Assembly (NCBI GenBank): GCA_951406725.2
Contig: OX597825.1
Location: 30,194,001 to 30,258,000, forward strand
Direction of reading: 5' to 3'
Length of the DNA: 64,000 nt
From: Octopus vulgaris
Lineage: Eukaryota
Positions 13,384-28,324 of this stretch are shown here, piece after piece. Position 1 is the first letter of the stretch. Each line of letters starts with the position of its first letter. Under the pieces are notes generated by a model. The model did not search any database, had not been told where the DNA came from, and saw only the letters and a program-made list of their open reading frames with translations. A program made the position numbers and the translations under genes.

Positions 13384-13541
13384 CAGAGTCTGAAGGCATA
13401 GGCACACTAGGGTCCTCATGAGTCTAGGGGTTCAATGCTAATCTATGTCTGCCAAAGCTGACTGTCAATAAATAAGTACTATAGAGCCCACTGCCATTGA
13501 CTGGCCTGGGTGGGGCCTTTGGGGCTCTTAAGACTTCCCTG
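13384..13541. mobile_element. Probable hAT-type MITE inserted in an old SINE
   Basis: cag...ctg termini; 8-bp TSD aactccag / aaccccag. Confidence 0.5.
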
Positions 13542-13599
13542 AACCCCAGTACTTATCCTGTTTGTGTATTTTGCCAACTCTGGTTGTCTAGTGGTGGGG

Positions 13600-13990
13600 A
13601 GTCACATACACACACACAAGCACGCACTCACAAGCGCACACATGCGCATACTAACAAACAGACACACACATGCACACATATACACACACATTCACAAGCA
13701 CACACATACAGACATACACTCACAAGTGCACACACACACACATGCACACACACGCATGCACACACATGCACACACTTAAAAGCACACACACATGCACACA
13801 TTCACAAGTACACACTCACACACACATGCACACACATACAGACACACACTCACAAGCACACACACATGCACACACACACTCACATGCACACACACACACT
13901 CACAGGTGCACGCACATACACTCACAAGCATACACACACAGGCATACACACACACAAATACAAGCACAAATACACACATACACACATATA
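13600..13990. repeat. CA-rich degenerate microsatellite
   Basis: Directly visible; source of the His/Thr pseudo-ORFs. Confidence 0.95.
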
Positions 13991-15075
13991 TTGCAATGTT
14001 ATTACTGGTCCAAATATGCTTGATGCTCGTTCAAACTGGGGAACAAGCTACTTGTTGCATTTTGTAACAGAGAATATATCTCGCTTGTTGTGTATGTACC
14101 TAGATCAGTTCACAGCACCACCTACATAGACTGTGAGATACTAGCATTTCAGGGTATTTATACGTTGGGTTTCCACACAGTTTCCATTGGCTAAATTCAC
14201 TTGCAGAACATTGGTCCGCCTGGGGCTATAGTAGAAGACTCTTGTCCAAGGTGTCACACAGGACTGAACTTGGAACCATTTGGTTGTAAAGCAAACTCCT
14301 TAACCACACAACCATCTCTGTGACTGTAATGGGGAATTTTTCCTGATTTAAAAATTTTTCTTTTTGCAATAGCACAGAAATTTAAGATTTTGGTTTGTTA
14401 TGAACAATAGAAGCAGTATTAGTTTAGAATGGCAACCTGTATATCATACTTTACGTGGATGTCCTGTAAAAAAGCAATAATACTGTGATATTTGTATTGA
14501 GAAAGCATCTCATGTAAACATATTGTGTTAAAGATCTCAGAAGCATATCAGTAGCAGGCAAAAAATAACTGGATGCAGTGGTGGAATTGCTAAATACGTA
14601 TTTCTGTGTCTTTGCACATCATCAGTAGTAAGTATGCACAACTAACTATATGCTTAGACAAATTTAGCTTCTACAGATATAGAAAAATGGTGAAAATATA
14701 AATTTCATCTGAATAAAATTGAACACAGATATACACTAGGTTAATTCAATGCTAGTATGTAATTGGTTTTTATTTCATTGACACTGCAAGGCTGAAAGAT
14801 GAAATTCGAACAGGATTAGAACTTCGCATATTTAGTGAGGGGTTAAATACTGCAAAGTATTTATCCAGATATTTGTCTCCACCACATTTGCAGTTTCTAG
14901 TTGTAAAAATAATGAAAATAATCTGTTTTTAAATAAAAAGTGGGAGATATTTTTAAAAAAATAACATATTTTTAATTATAATACTTTGTAATTAAAACTT
15001 TATTTTATTTTCAATTAACTGCTAAAGGCAATGGGTACAACATTTTACTCTTGAATAGTCCAATGAAAAAGTCAA

Positions 15076-15335
<260 letters not shown>

Positions 15336-16375
15336 AATTATTGCAATATTATTCTGCTTGACATAATGCTCACATTTTAATTTTATATTCATAACAACCT
15401 TAACTATGGAAAATATAATCAAATATGTGTAAGTGTGGAGATGTGTCATCTAGTAGCTTGTAATGATGTGCTCACAGGTTCAGTCTCATTGCATAGCACC
15501 TCGGGCATATGTCTACTAATATAACCTAGAAGAAACCAAAGCCTTGTGAGTGAATTTGGTTGACAGAAACTGAAAGAAGCCCTCATGCCAGCATTGAAAA
15601 TAGGCTTTAATTGATGATGATGATGACGATGATGATGTATATATATATGTATGTGAGTATGTGTATATGTGGTTGTGTGTAATCTTGTTAAGACATGTAA
15701 TGGTTGTATATGAGCGTCATCATCATCATCACTATACAAGCAAGGTCGTTCGTTTCCAGTCTTCCATGAGAAACATGTCCGGCTATGGAGAAATACTATT
15801 GTGCTTGAAAAGTAGTGAGGGTTGATGACAGGAAAGGCATCTAGTTGAAGAATGCTTATCTTAAGGAACTCCACCTGACTTCTTGCATGCTTAGGAAAGT
15901 GGACATTGAATGATGATAATGACAAAGATGATGATGATGATGCTGGTGATTATGATGATGAATGAAACTTTTTAGCATGATGAAGTTCTAGTGTTACGTT
16001 TTAAGCAATTTGTAAGAAAGTGAAGACAAGACCGAAACTTTTAGCATAACGAAACATGTTCAAGTGGAACACTTTAAATAACAATATCTATGGAAAGAAA
16101 CCAAAAACATTATCAGAACTTTTAGCATAGTAGTAGAAGATTGTTACAGTTTGAAGAATTTTTAACTATGGATGACACAAGTGAAATCTTTAACATAAGG
16201 AAATAAGTTCTAGTGTTACATACTACAAAAACTGTAACTATGGAACAAAATCAAAGACTTAACCCAAATATTTAATGTAATGAAGAAATGTTATGAAGAT
16301 CTATAAATTCATTGATTCCAAAACAGAAATGTGGAAATTTATAAAATATAGAATTTCCCCACCAAGTCTTGCTAG

Positions 16376-16473
<98 letters not shown>

Positions 16474-16492
16474 TTATATGTATATGTATATA

Positions 16493-16554
<62 letters not shown>

Positions 16555-17003
16555 TTTCGTTTACCCTTATTTATGTATATATATACATATATATATACAT
16601 ATACATATACATGTAAATATATATGTGTACATACATATATATATATTTATATGTATATCGACATTGGTTGGCTTAAATGGTAAGTCTCCTCTGAGACACA
16701 ATTATATTTGGTGTTTGGGTTATTACTAATGATTTAGTATTTATGTAGTGATTCTAGAAAGGAAAACATTGGATTTTAATGACTGTCTCACATACTACAA
16801 ATCCATACTGCCCATTGCCTCTGCCTTTGTCTCTACTTCCAACAAATGTTTCAAACTACCAGCTCCATCTTAACAACTACATACATATATGTACTTGTAA
16901 AGTTAATCCAAACATGAAATCACAAAGAAAAAACACAACAACGCGAGGACATAGAACAAATATAGTGTTATTGGACGCCCAGGAAAGGAAAGAAAGAAGG
17001 AGG

Positions 17004-17038
17004 ATTTAACGTTTCAAGCAGAGCTCTTCGTCAGAAAC
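17004..17038 (-). ncRNA. Minimal type-I hammerhead motif in a Penelope-like short element (about 16890-17110)
   Basis: Minus strand gttt-CTGACGA-a-gagc-tct-gctt-GAAA-cg-TT-aaat. Confidence 0.65.
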
Positions 17039-17724
17039 ATAGAAAGGGGAAAGATCCATGGAAGGGAAGGCGGAGGAAAAAAATCACCAACGATACACAT
17101 GCGGTCACAGGGATCAGCCCTGATTGACTGATTGAGCAGAACTGCTGTGAAAAGAATGTCCTGAGAATCATGTTGTTTTGTAAATTAGAGACTGCATTGT
17201 GTTCTTCTTTTTTAAGACATCGGGGTATAATTTGAAGGTAATTTTGCTGCTGTTTTTAGCATGTCAGGGAATTCACAGGGAATGCGATGTAGTTAGACAC
17301 TGGAAATGCAAGCATGTATGTATACTTGATATATATATATATATATATATATTCATATATATGTATTTATATATATATATTTATATATATATATATATAT
17401 ATATAGGTATATGTCTGTGTATAATGCTTGTATGTTGGTGTGTGTGTCTGTGTGTGCATTCATATGTGTATATATGTGTGTGTGTGTGTGTGTGTATAGA
17501 TACATGCATACATATGTATATAATATATATAAAATAATATAATATAACATGACAAAGAATGAATATAGTACAACTTTAATATTTCTTACAAGTGTTTCTG
17601 TACCCCTTCCTTTCAAACTATGTTGCATATAATTGATTCTGTATGAAAAAGTATACAATGCATATAGTTGAATATGTTGGAGTGGCACTTCATCAAGATT
17701 AGCATTAAGGCATGTCTTTTTGCA

Positions 17725-17760
<36 letters not shown>

Positions 17761-17826
17761 CTGGAGTAAACACATAAATGTGAAACAAGGTGGAAAAAAG
17801 AGTACTCAAATACCAGTGGTAGAGTA

Positions 17827-17968
17827 ATATGCTTTATTTAAAAGCAGCAGAAAATTAAACAAAACCTGTTACTCTGAGTTTCCCGTTCGTCGGATAGTAC
17901 GAATGGGAATGTGAAACTCTGAGTAACAGGTTTTGTTGAATTTTCTGCTGCTTTTAAATAAAGTATAT
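17827..17968. repeat. Fold-back inverted repeat (arms of about 56 bp), Penelope-like
   Basis: 17827-17882 is nearly the reverse complement of 17913-17968; hammerhead-like GAAActc(t/a)gagTAacag at the inner ends. Confidence 0.85.
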
Positions 17969-17974
17969 ATATCA

Positions 17975-18220
17975 TGTAAAAAGCACCATCCATCCGTGGC
18001 CGTTTGCCAGCCCTGTCTGGCACCTGTGCGGGTGGCATGTAAAAAGCACCCACTACACTCATGGAGTGGTTGGCGTTAGGAAGGGCATCCAGCCATAGAA
18101 ACACTGCCAGATCAGACTGGGCCTGGTGCAGCCTTCAGGCTTCCCAGACCCCAGTTGAACCGTCCAACCCATGCTAGCATGGAAAGCAGACGCTAAATGA
18201 TGATGATGATGATAATGATA
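17975..18220 (+). mobile_element. SINE family D, 3' part
   Basis: ggcgttaggaagggcatccagc domain and (gat)n tail. Confidence 0.85.
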
Positions 18221-19381
18221 TATGTATGTATGCGTGTAATTTTGCTATTTATAATCCTGTTCTTTGATTTATTTGTTTTCTTTTTATATAAGCTGTTGTC
18301 AAAAGAGAATCTCCTCTCCCTGTTATGCTTCATCAAGTAAAAGGGTCTGTTATCATCCTATGTCCTAAATTTACAAGTTCATGTCTGGTCTCATCATTTT
18401 ACCCATAGCACAGTGCACACGTTTTCCTGATATATCTTACCACTAACATAATGCAGCCTCCTTCTCTTACAATATGAACTTGTCTTGCTACCTGTGACCT
18501 TGTCTCACACTGACCTTATTTATTTTGTTTCTCCATCTCGCCTTTTCTCTCTCATCCACTCTCTCGGTTTTTGTCTCAACCTTTTGTTTCTTTTTGCTGC
18601 AGCTTTTACCTATAAACCAACTTCTCTTTTCTCCTTCTTTCTATCTATCTGACTTTGCCAATTATGGAAATGTGTTTCAGGAATTAGGGGGTACATTAAA
18701 GTCCATGATACTGTGGAAGATCAAAACAATGGGCTGGTCAGACTGTGCAAAGCTCCTCATTAGCTGAGAAGAAAGAGAACACCTGTGCAACTCCACTTCC
18801 ATCTCTGACCATCACACTGATCAGGTGAGTACTTCTTCACCCTGTTACTTTTAAATTTTGCTTTGGCCAGAATACTGTACTGTGTTTTCTCTTAGAGTTG
18901 CCTTGGTACATTCTTATCTCAAAAACTTTGACTTTATACATTTCTTGTTGATCTCATCCATTTCTCCTTCACTTTTGTTTCATTTCTTTAAATGTCTTCT
19001 TCCTGAAAGCTTCAATTACAGCCACCAAACACTGCAGAGTCAAGTAGTTCCATCAGAAAGGGGCTAAAACCATAGTGAAGGTTCAATTAATAGCTGATGA
19101 AGGACAATGCTTTGTTTATATCTTATTATATCATCCTGTTCTATAAAGTCTATTGGTTTATGCTTGTCTTCATATTTTCTTTTTTTTTAATTTTTTTTTT
19201 GCTGTCCTTCTGTGTAAAATCTTATTGAAAGATATTTCACTTAACCTTGTACTTTAAATAGTTAATTATTATTGTTAAGTTTATATATTATCTTCCACTT
19301 CTGTAAATTTGTTTGGTTTTGTCTTTTGTATGTTGCACAGTAAACTCTGTTTTCTCATACATACATACATACATACACACC

Positions 19382-19422
<41 letters not shown>

Positions 19423-19732
19423 TTATACATATAAGCATGCACTCATAAATCTGTATACATAAAAATATGTATGTACATATGTATATATATGTATATGTGT
19501 GTTTGTATATATATGTGTGTGTGTGTGCGTATGTGTGTTTGTGTTCATGTCTGTTTGTATTATCTTTATATATACATGTAGGCATGTTTACTTGTATTTC
19601 ATATATATCTATATTTATGTATATTTGGTTATGTAAGTGTTTCTAAACTCTTGTACATGATAAAAAAAAAATCAATAACAAATATATAAATCAAGAAGAG
19701 TCAAAGACAATATTAAAAGTTCAGATTCTTAC

Positions 19733-19799
19733 ATAAATATGTTTGCTTCTTAAACAGGTTACATAATCACCATCCATTCCTTTGAGAATTATGACAAGT
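19733..19799 (-). CDS. Candidate internal exon (xLVIILKGMDGDYVTCLRSKHIY), unverified
   Basis: Acceptor atctttgttttgtag and donor gtaaga, one open frame, non-repetitive sequence; an overlapping plus-strand candidate also exists. Confidence 0.2.
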
Positions 19800-19867
19800 C
19801 TACAAAACAAAGATATGTAAGAATTTGAACATTTAATATTACATAAATACATGCATATTTGTATGTA

Positions 19868-19900
<33 letters not shown>

Positions 19901-20033
19901 TTGAATACATATATGTGTGTATGCATTATGTGTGTATATATATATCATGATGATGATATATATATATATATATACACATGAATACATATTTGTCTGTATG
20001 TGTGCATAATGTATATGTGTGTGTATGTGTATG

Positions 20034-20086
<53 letters not shown>

Positions 20087-21413
20087 TTATATATGCATGT
20101 ATGTATGTGTATGTATTTACGTGGGCATGTGTGTGTGTGTGCTTGTGTGTGCGAGCAAAATAAAATAATATGCCGAAAATGAAGTACCACGGCATGTCTA
20201 TACTCACAATCCTAGAAATACAAGAGTTTATGTTTCCATTTTCTCAAAATGTGCCATTGCCGTAAAGCTATGTTAGGGAATATGGAACTTTTACTGATGC
20301 ATGCTATTATAAAAGACAACAAAATTATGGAGAATGTAAACAAAAGCCAAATTATATTAAACAATAACTGAATCTGCATTTAAAAACCAACAAGAACATC
20401 AATCATTACAGTCTTCTTAGAGCTCTTTCATTTTTCTTCAAACTACATTGGGAAGATGTGAAATCATCGCTAAAAACTGATGAAATATTAGTCCTGAAGC
20501 AGAGAGCTTATTCTGCATTGAGGTACCCAGTTGATTGGTATGTTAATGGAGCTGTTGTGAGTTAAGTGGCTTTGATACACCCACAAAGCAGTTGTTATTA
20601 TTGATGTTTAATACTATTCCTTCCTTGGCTCAGTAGACTGATAATTAACTACACACCCTATTAAGGGTCATTACAAAATGGATCTAGTACTTCTATTGGT
20701 AATAGCCCATATTTTTTTGTATTAGTTTTACCCATTGACCACAAGATAATGATGATGATGATCATTGTTTAACATCCGCTTTCCATGCTAGCATGGGTTG
20801 GACGATTTGACTGAGGACTGGCGAACCAGATGATTACACCAGGCTCCAATCTTGATCTGGCAGAGTTTCTACAGCTGGATGCCCTTCCTATGCTTATTAA
20901 ACAATATCTCAACATTCATTCATTCATCATAGCACCTGCCTCTTTACCTGGAGGAAACCCTCTCTCAACTATGCCTGATACCTTCTATTTGGTACTGACC
21001 TCTGTTTCCAGGATTTCTTTTATTCAATCCTGTAGCCTGGCACAAGTGTTTTTTATGCATCATAGCAGAATTTTACTCAGAACAAAGAAAGCTGAAATAA
21101 AGACCACTAGGTATCTGGTTCAACATTCTTACAATTTTGCAGATCCATCGTATGGATTTCTACTTAATTTTATTGATCCTAAAAGGATGAAAGGTAAAGT
21201 CAACCTTAGTAGGGTTTGATCTCATAATGCAGTGAGTCAGAGTAAAAAAAATAACATGAGAATATCATGTGTTGTAGGTATAGGGATACAGAGACAAGGT
21301 CACAAAAATATAGGCATCCTCAGATAGATATAGGTAAATTGGCAGAGGTCTTAGTGCATCAACCAAAATACCTTCGATTATTTCAGTTCTATATTTAAGA
21401 GATGAGGAATTAT

Positions 21414-21805
21414 GTACATTATTTACATTATTTACATTATTTACATTTGACGGATATTTGTCCTCAGCTTGTTTGTTGTTAACGCAACGTTTCAGCTGAC
21501 ATACTCTCCAGCCCTCATCTTGGGGAAGTTTCGAACCTGGGTTCTCATTCCTAAGGTATTCCAAGTTCAATTCCAGGCAGTGACCTGAATAATGATAATA
21601 ATAATAACAATAACAACAACAACAACAACAACAATAACAACAACAATAATAACATCGAAAAATGCCTTAGGAATGAGAACACAGGTTTGAAACTTCCCTA
21701 AGAGACCTAAAGAAGGCTGGAGGGTATATCAGCCAAAACGTTGTATTAGCAACAAACAAGATGAGGACAAATATCTGTCAAATGTAAATAATGTAAATAA
21801 TGTAC
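21414..21805. mobile_element. Penelope-like inverted pLTR pair with degenerate hammerheads
   Basis: Arms 21414-21560 and 21661-21805 around an (AAT/AAC)n spacer; arm reads cCTAAAGAaggctg-gagggtatat-cagccAAAAcgtt (stem II ggctg/cagcc). Confidence 0.7.
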
Positions 21806-22917
21806 TTAGATCATTTGTTTTGAACTGCTGTGGTCTGAGTTCAAATTCCAATTGAGAGAACTTTGCCTTTTATCTTTCCAGACAAAATATATAATACCAT
21901 ACGGACCGATTCAGAGAGGTCAAGCGAGCAGACTTTAAGAATGTCAAACCAGATTCCTGACAGTATTGGTTTTTGCCTTATCCATTCTGAATTTAAATCC
22001 TTCCATAAAAGGTAGGGCTAATCTGGAAGCAAGTTTTACCCCCCCACCACCACCACCAAGAACTTTGCATGCCTGCAACAGAGGCCCCTCTGTTTCAAGC
22101 AATTGGATTGAATCTCTAATTTGAAGATGCCTTGCTTTCTCTATTCTGCTGTTTTGGTGGCCTGTGAAGAGTCTTGAGAGCTGCCAGTCCTCTTGGCTTA
22201 AGATAGAGGACACCACTACTGACTTATCAGAGTGGAAAGGTTAAGTGGAAAGGTTTTGACATATAAATTGCTGGCTCTCACCCTACCTCAGTTTATTGTA
22301 CAATATGCTATAGAATCAGTCCATTAGATGTTACTTTAATAATAGCCATAATGCAAGAAATTAAGAAAAAGTATGGTTTCTTTAAAAATTAATTTTCAAA
22401 GTTACGATTTCCTCAAAATGAAAAAAAAAAAAAAGAAATGAAAAAAGAAAAAATAGCTGTCAATATTTGATCAAGAAAATCTTCAGAAACCAGTCAATTT
22501 TATCCATTGCTGACACAAAACATTCCTTTCTTTAGGTAAGATGGTTAAATAACATTATTATATATATGAAAGAAAAAAACAAAAAAAAAAAAACAGAACA
22601 AAAATATCAGAAAGGATAAATCAACAATTTGACAAATGATAACAAAAATATATGATTTGTGCAAGTATGTGCATGTGTGTGTCTGAATGTGTGTGTGTGT
22701 GTATGTGTGTGATTGAATGTATGTACATGTATTAATACTTCTGAATTGTCAAATACACATGTACCAACACATTAAACTATAAATACATGTGTACACACAT
22801 ATAAACACCCCACATGTACGTATATATGTGAAAGGTGCCATAGATGATACATGCACGTGTGCATGTATGTGCGTGTGCCCGAGTATGTGTGAACATATAC
22901 GAATATATGTATGTGTG

Positions 22918-22956
<39 letters not shown>

Positions 22957-22993
22957 GCATAAATATATGCATATTATATATATATATACATAC

Positions 22994-23041
<48 letters not shown>

Positions 23042-23182
23042 GTACATATACGTATATATATATAAATATATGCATACATATATGCATATATATGTGTGTA
23101 TATATGCATATATATAAATGTATATACATATATATATACATGTATATATGCATACATATATGCAAATATGTGAATATATGTA

Positions 23183-23226
<44 letters not shown>

Positions 23227-24139
23227 TGTGCGTGTTTGTATGTATGCATGTACACCCACACTCACATAGTTCATACACAGCGCAAACTCTTCCACAAATA
23301 TAATATTGAATTTATTAAGAAGAACGACATGAAGAGAAAAGGTCTGATATAAACAAAAGAGAAGGAATATATTGTTTTTATAACTTTTACCAAAATATAA
23401 AAATGAAATAAATGTTTATATAAATACACATAAACATACATTTAAGCATCTAATATTCACACACACATGTTTTTCTCCATATCCTGTATGTGCTTGTGTG
23501 TGTCTGTGTGCGTGTGTATTGATACATACATATATACATACTGACATACAGATGCACAAACAGACATACAGAGAGAAAAGCAGACATACAGACATGTCTG
23601 TCTGTCTGCCTGTGTGCCTGTCTGTCTGTCTATCTATCCATTTTATCTGTCTCTGTTTGTCTGTCTGTTTATCTGTCTAACTATCTATCTATCTATCGAT
23701 TTATCTATCTATAGCTATTTATATTTATACATATATATCAATATATTTATATGTATGTATACATATGTATACATATATGCACACACATATATTTATGTAT
23801 TTAATATATATATATATATGTAAACTTATATACATATAAATATATACATATGTATATATATACATATATATATATACACATACATATGTATATACATGTA
23901 TGTGTGTATGTTTGTATATGCATGTATGTGTATATATATATAAGTGTGTGTGTGTGTGTGAAAGTATGTATATACCTATTTCTATATCTATCTATCTATG
24001 TATCTCTCTCTCTCTCTCAATATATATATATATACATGTATATATATATATATAGATAGATAGATAGATAGATAGATATACACACATACATACATGCATA
24101 TATATATATGTGTGTATACATATACAAATATATATTAAT

Positions 24140-24184
<45 letters not shown>

Positions 24185-25117
24185 TTTATAGATAGATACA
24201 TACTCATACATATACACACGCACATATTGAAATAGCATTTGCTCTTTTTGTCATGGTACTCATCATGTTTTTTTATATATGTATTCTATTTTCTTCTACA
24301 TATTTTTCTTGCTACTCTCACACCCATGGACTTACACTACACACACTCATACACACGCACTTACACATGCACACACACACACACACACTAATATTTGTTT
24401 GTTTGTTTATACAGACACGCACACAAACATTCAAAGTCTCCAAGACCAGTCAGCAGTGACATGCTTTTATCTTTTAAGACTGGGTTTTAAAGTTGGGGAT
24501 TTGTCTGAATGCCAAGTTTTTATGTTGGTTTTAATTCAGATAAGCTGCCTATAAAATAACATGGGTCAGTGAAGTGAAAAACTATAAATTTTATTATGTT
24601 TGAAGGTTTGTTTCTCCTGTCTCCAGAACTCTCATCTAAGAAAAAACTACAAAATGAACTTTGGATTACAACTAATAAAATGACTAATAATGTATGTATA
24701 TCATATAAAAACATAATACATGCATATATACACACACAGATGTATGTATAAGTATATGTATGTATGTATGTATATAAGTATATATATATATCACAGAATG
24801 CACATACAAACACACACTGATTTGTGCATATGTACATATATGTATGTAAGTATATGTGCATGTATGTATGTATATGTGCATGCATGTGTGTGTGTGTGTG
24901 TGCATGCATGTGTGTGTATGTGTGGGTGTGGCCTTGTTTTAACCCCTTGGCCCAAACCCCTGCCTCCCCACCAAACTACAAAATATATATCTATTTAGCA
25001 GGATAGTCTGTATTCATGGTTAACTAGTTTGTACGATGAGGTTTCATGAATTGCTTGATCGAGAAAAATGTATTTTATGTGTTATGTTATTTTATGTATA
25101 TTTTCAGTAGATATACA

Positions 25118-25186
<69 letters not shown>

Positions 25187-25459
25187 ATATATGTACACAT
25201 ATATATACATACATACATACGTGTATATATATATATATACACACATACATATATATACACATATACGTATATATACATACATGCATATATACATACATGC
25301 ATATATAAATATATATATATGTATATATAAATGTATGTATGTGCATATATATGTATGTAAGTATATATATATATACATACATATATACATATATATGCAT
25401 ACATATATATATATACTTACATACATATATATGCACATATATACATTTATATATACATA

Positions 25460-25740
25460 ACCATCCAAACGTGGCCGTAGCCAGCGCCGGCCGACTGGCC
25501 CCTGTGCCAGTGGCACGTAAAAAGCACCATCCGACCATGGCTGTTGCCAGCTTCGTCTGGCACGTAAAAAGCACCCACTACACTCACGGAGTGGTTGGCG
25601 TTAGGAAGGGCATCCAGCTGTAGAAACACTGCCAGATCAGACTGGGCCTGGTGCAGCCTTCTGGCTTCCCAGACCCCAGTTGAACCGTCCAACCCATGCC
25701 AGCATGGAAAGCGGATGCTAAACGATGATGATGATGATGA
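25460..25740 (+). mobile_element. SINE family D, 3' part
   Basis: Near-identical to 17975-18220. Confidence 0.87.
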
Positions 25741-25766
25741 ACGATACACATACATACATACATACA

Positions 25767-25827
<61 letters not shown>

Positions 25828-26707
25828 TTTATAAACATATAGATATATATGTATTTGTGTGTATATATGTGTGCCTCTGTGTGTGTGTGTGTTTATGTAG
25901 CCTTGAACAGGAGGACATGACGTCAGGAGATGGTGTCTTATGATCATTTGGTGTTTCAACTCTGAACTGTAGCATCGCCCCCCGCCCCCCCAACACACAC
26001 ACACACACCTCATTGATGGCTAGACTGTATGAAGCTTGAAGTACGATGTGTAATGCTGCATGGCAACAAAATGCAGATTTTTTTAATGCTCTGAATCCGT
26101 GCAGATTCAAAAGGCAAAACAAGGTGAATATTGTCTACTTGATGTGCATAAAACAAAGGAACCGAAAGGAGGTGAAAGAAAAACTGAATATTAAAAGGAT
26201 CAGATGTAATGTCATCATCATCATCATCATCATCGTTAAACGTCCGTTTTCCATGCTAGCATGGGTTGGACCAGAGAAAAAAAATTCTGGTATTGGCACT
26301 GACCGCATATGGAAGAAATCAGGTGTATAAAGAATTATTGAATGCTTCAAGCTGATGTAACATGTGGAAGGGACAGAGACCAAGTTAAGCGTAGAAAGGA
26401 GTAGTGAAACTGATGTCAAGATGTTGAAATTTATAAGAATGGGACAAATAACTGTGACTCAAGACAATTTGTTGGAGAGAGATCCCATAATCCCATGCAA
26501 AAACATAAACATAAGTAAAATTATTGTGATGGTGGTGGTGGTGGTAGTGGTGGTGATAAGCTGTATAATCATTTACACTTTGGCCTCTTCTGGCCATTTT
26601 ATGTGCATTATAAGTTCCCATTTAGTGCTTTTCTCATTTTTCGTTTTATTATACTTTTATCTAAAACTCAGCCGCATTCTTTTATCAATGTGTGTCCTTA
26701 CTAAAAC

Positions 26708-27298
26708 AGTGAGCTGGCAAAAACGTTAGTACGCCGGGCTCATCTGTCTTTACATTCTGAGTTCAAATTCCGCCGAGGTCGACTTTGCCTTTCCTCCTTT
26801 CGGAGTCAATTAAATAAGTACTAGTTACGCACTGGGGTTGATATAATCGACTTAATCCGTCTGTCTGTCCTTGTTTGTCCCCTCTATGTTTAGCCCCTTG
26901 TGGGTAGTAAAGAAATTGGTATTTCATTTGCTATTATGTTCTGAGTTCAAATTCCGCCAAGGTCGACTTTACCTTTCATCCTTTCAGGGGCGATAAATTA
27001 AGTACCAGTTACACACTGGGGTTAATGTAATCGAATTAATCCTTCTTTCTGTCCTTGTTTGTCCCCTCTATGTTTAGCCCTTTGTGGGTAATCAAGAAGT
27101 AAGAAAAGTTAGTGCACCGGGTGAAATGCGTAGCAGTATTTCGTCTGCCGTTACGTTCTGAGTTCAAATTCCCCTAAGGTTGACTTTGCCTTTCATCCTT
27201 TTGGAATCAATAAATTAAGTACCAGTTGTGCACTGGGGCCAATCTAATCGACTGCCCCCACCAAAAAAATTTCAGGTCATGTCCCTAGAGTAGAAACG
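26708..27298 (+). mobile_element. Tandem or nested cluster of three SINE family B units
   Basis: ttctgagttcaaattc...gactttgcctttc-type segment recurs near 26755, 26939 and 27156. Confidence 0.87.
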
Positions 27299-27776
27299 AA
27301 TGTCTGTCCTTACTACTACCCTCTCCCTTGCACATTTTCCTCTATCATTTCTCTCTTTCCTGTCACTCATTATTCATATGTGTTACTCTTACAGTCTTAC
27401 TAGTACTCTTTATCATCTCTATCTTGCACCTTACTTCAAACTCTACCATTCATTATTGACTCCTCTTTCACTCTTTCCTTCCTTCTCTGCAACTCTGTCT
27501 TTGCCATCACTCTTTCACCTTCTGTGTTCTCTCTTTCATCACTCTATCTCTCCCACATCTCTCTCTTGCATTTATACTATTTTCCATCCAAATTTGGTAA
27601 CAACTCTCCCTATGCAATCATTATCTGTCATTCTGCCTCTCCTCTTACTCTCCCCTCTCTCATACTCTTCAAACAGGTTACTGTTTTTATCACTTTTTCT
27701 TCAGCCTGCCAGAGGAATGAGGTAACCCTCTGGCGTTGGTGAATGAACAGAAACAACCTAAGATAGAAGGGGCTAT

Positions 27777-28005
27777 TTAACCCTTTCGTTACCAACCTGG
27801 CTTAAACCAGCTCTGGCTCTGTAGTATAAATGCCTTGTTTTCATAAGTTTTGAATTAAAATCTTCCACCAAACCTTAGTCACAATTTATGTTCCTAACAC
27901 TAGCTGAATGATAACTTAGTTATTTTACTAAATTCTTTGTTATATTTAAAGTAATTAAAAGAAACACAGAGCATCTCAAAATAAATACAGTAATGAAAGA
28001 GTTAA
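27777..28005. mobile_element. piggyBac-like MITE
   Basis: TTAA-ccctttcgttac...gtaatgaaagag-TTAA; near-identical copy at 38963-39190. Confidence 0.8.
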
Positions 28006-28324
28006 TCTTACCAAAAACAAGACAACTTGTCTAGTGCTGATGCATTGATGAATTGTACTCAGGATACTAAGTTAAGTGGATGATGAAGAAATGGAGACAA
28101 AGTAAGATGGAACTCTTTAGTCATAGTGGTGATAAGACATCTTCACTAGTGTTGGTTCTATGATAAAATATAGCCAGTACACTCTATAAAATACTTGGTA
28201 AAAGGAGGGGCCTATAGTTGTAGAAAGTATACTTATAATGTTATGTATTAGTGAGATGTGGTTCTCAAACCATACAGGAGGGAAATAACTTGCAATTAAA
28301 GCTTATAATGTACACCTATATATA

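Noticed and set aside
13497-14129. 210-aa His/Thr-rich ORF
   Set aside because: Translation of a CA-rich microsatellite; open in several frames
20208-20211. Possible 4-nt minus-strand microexon (ttctag|gatt|gtgagt)
   Set aside because: Cannot be distinguished from chance without transcript data
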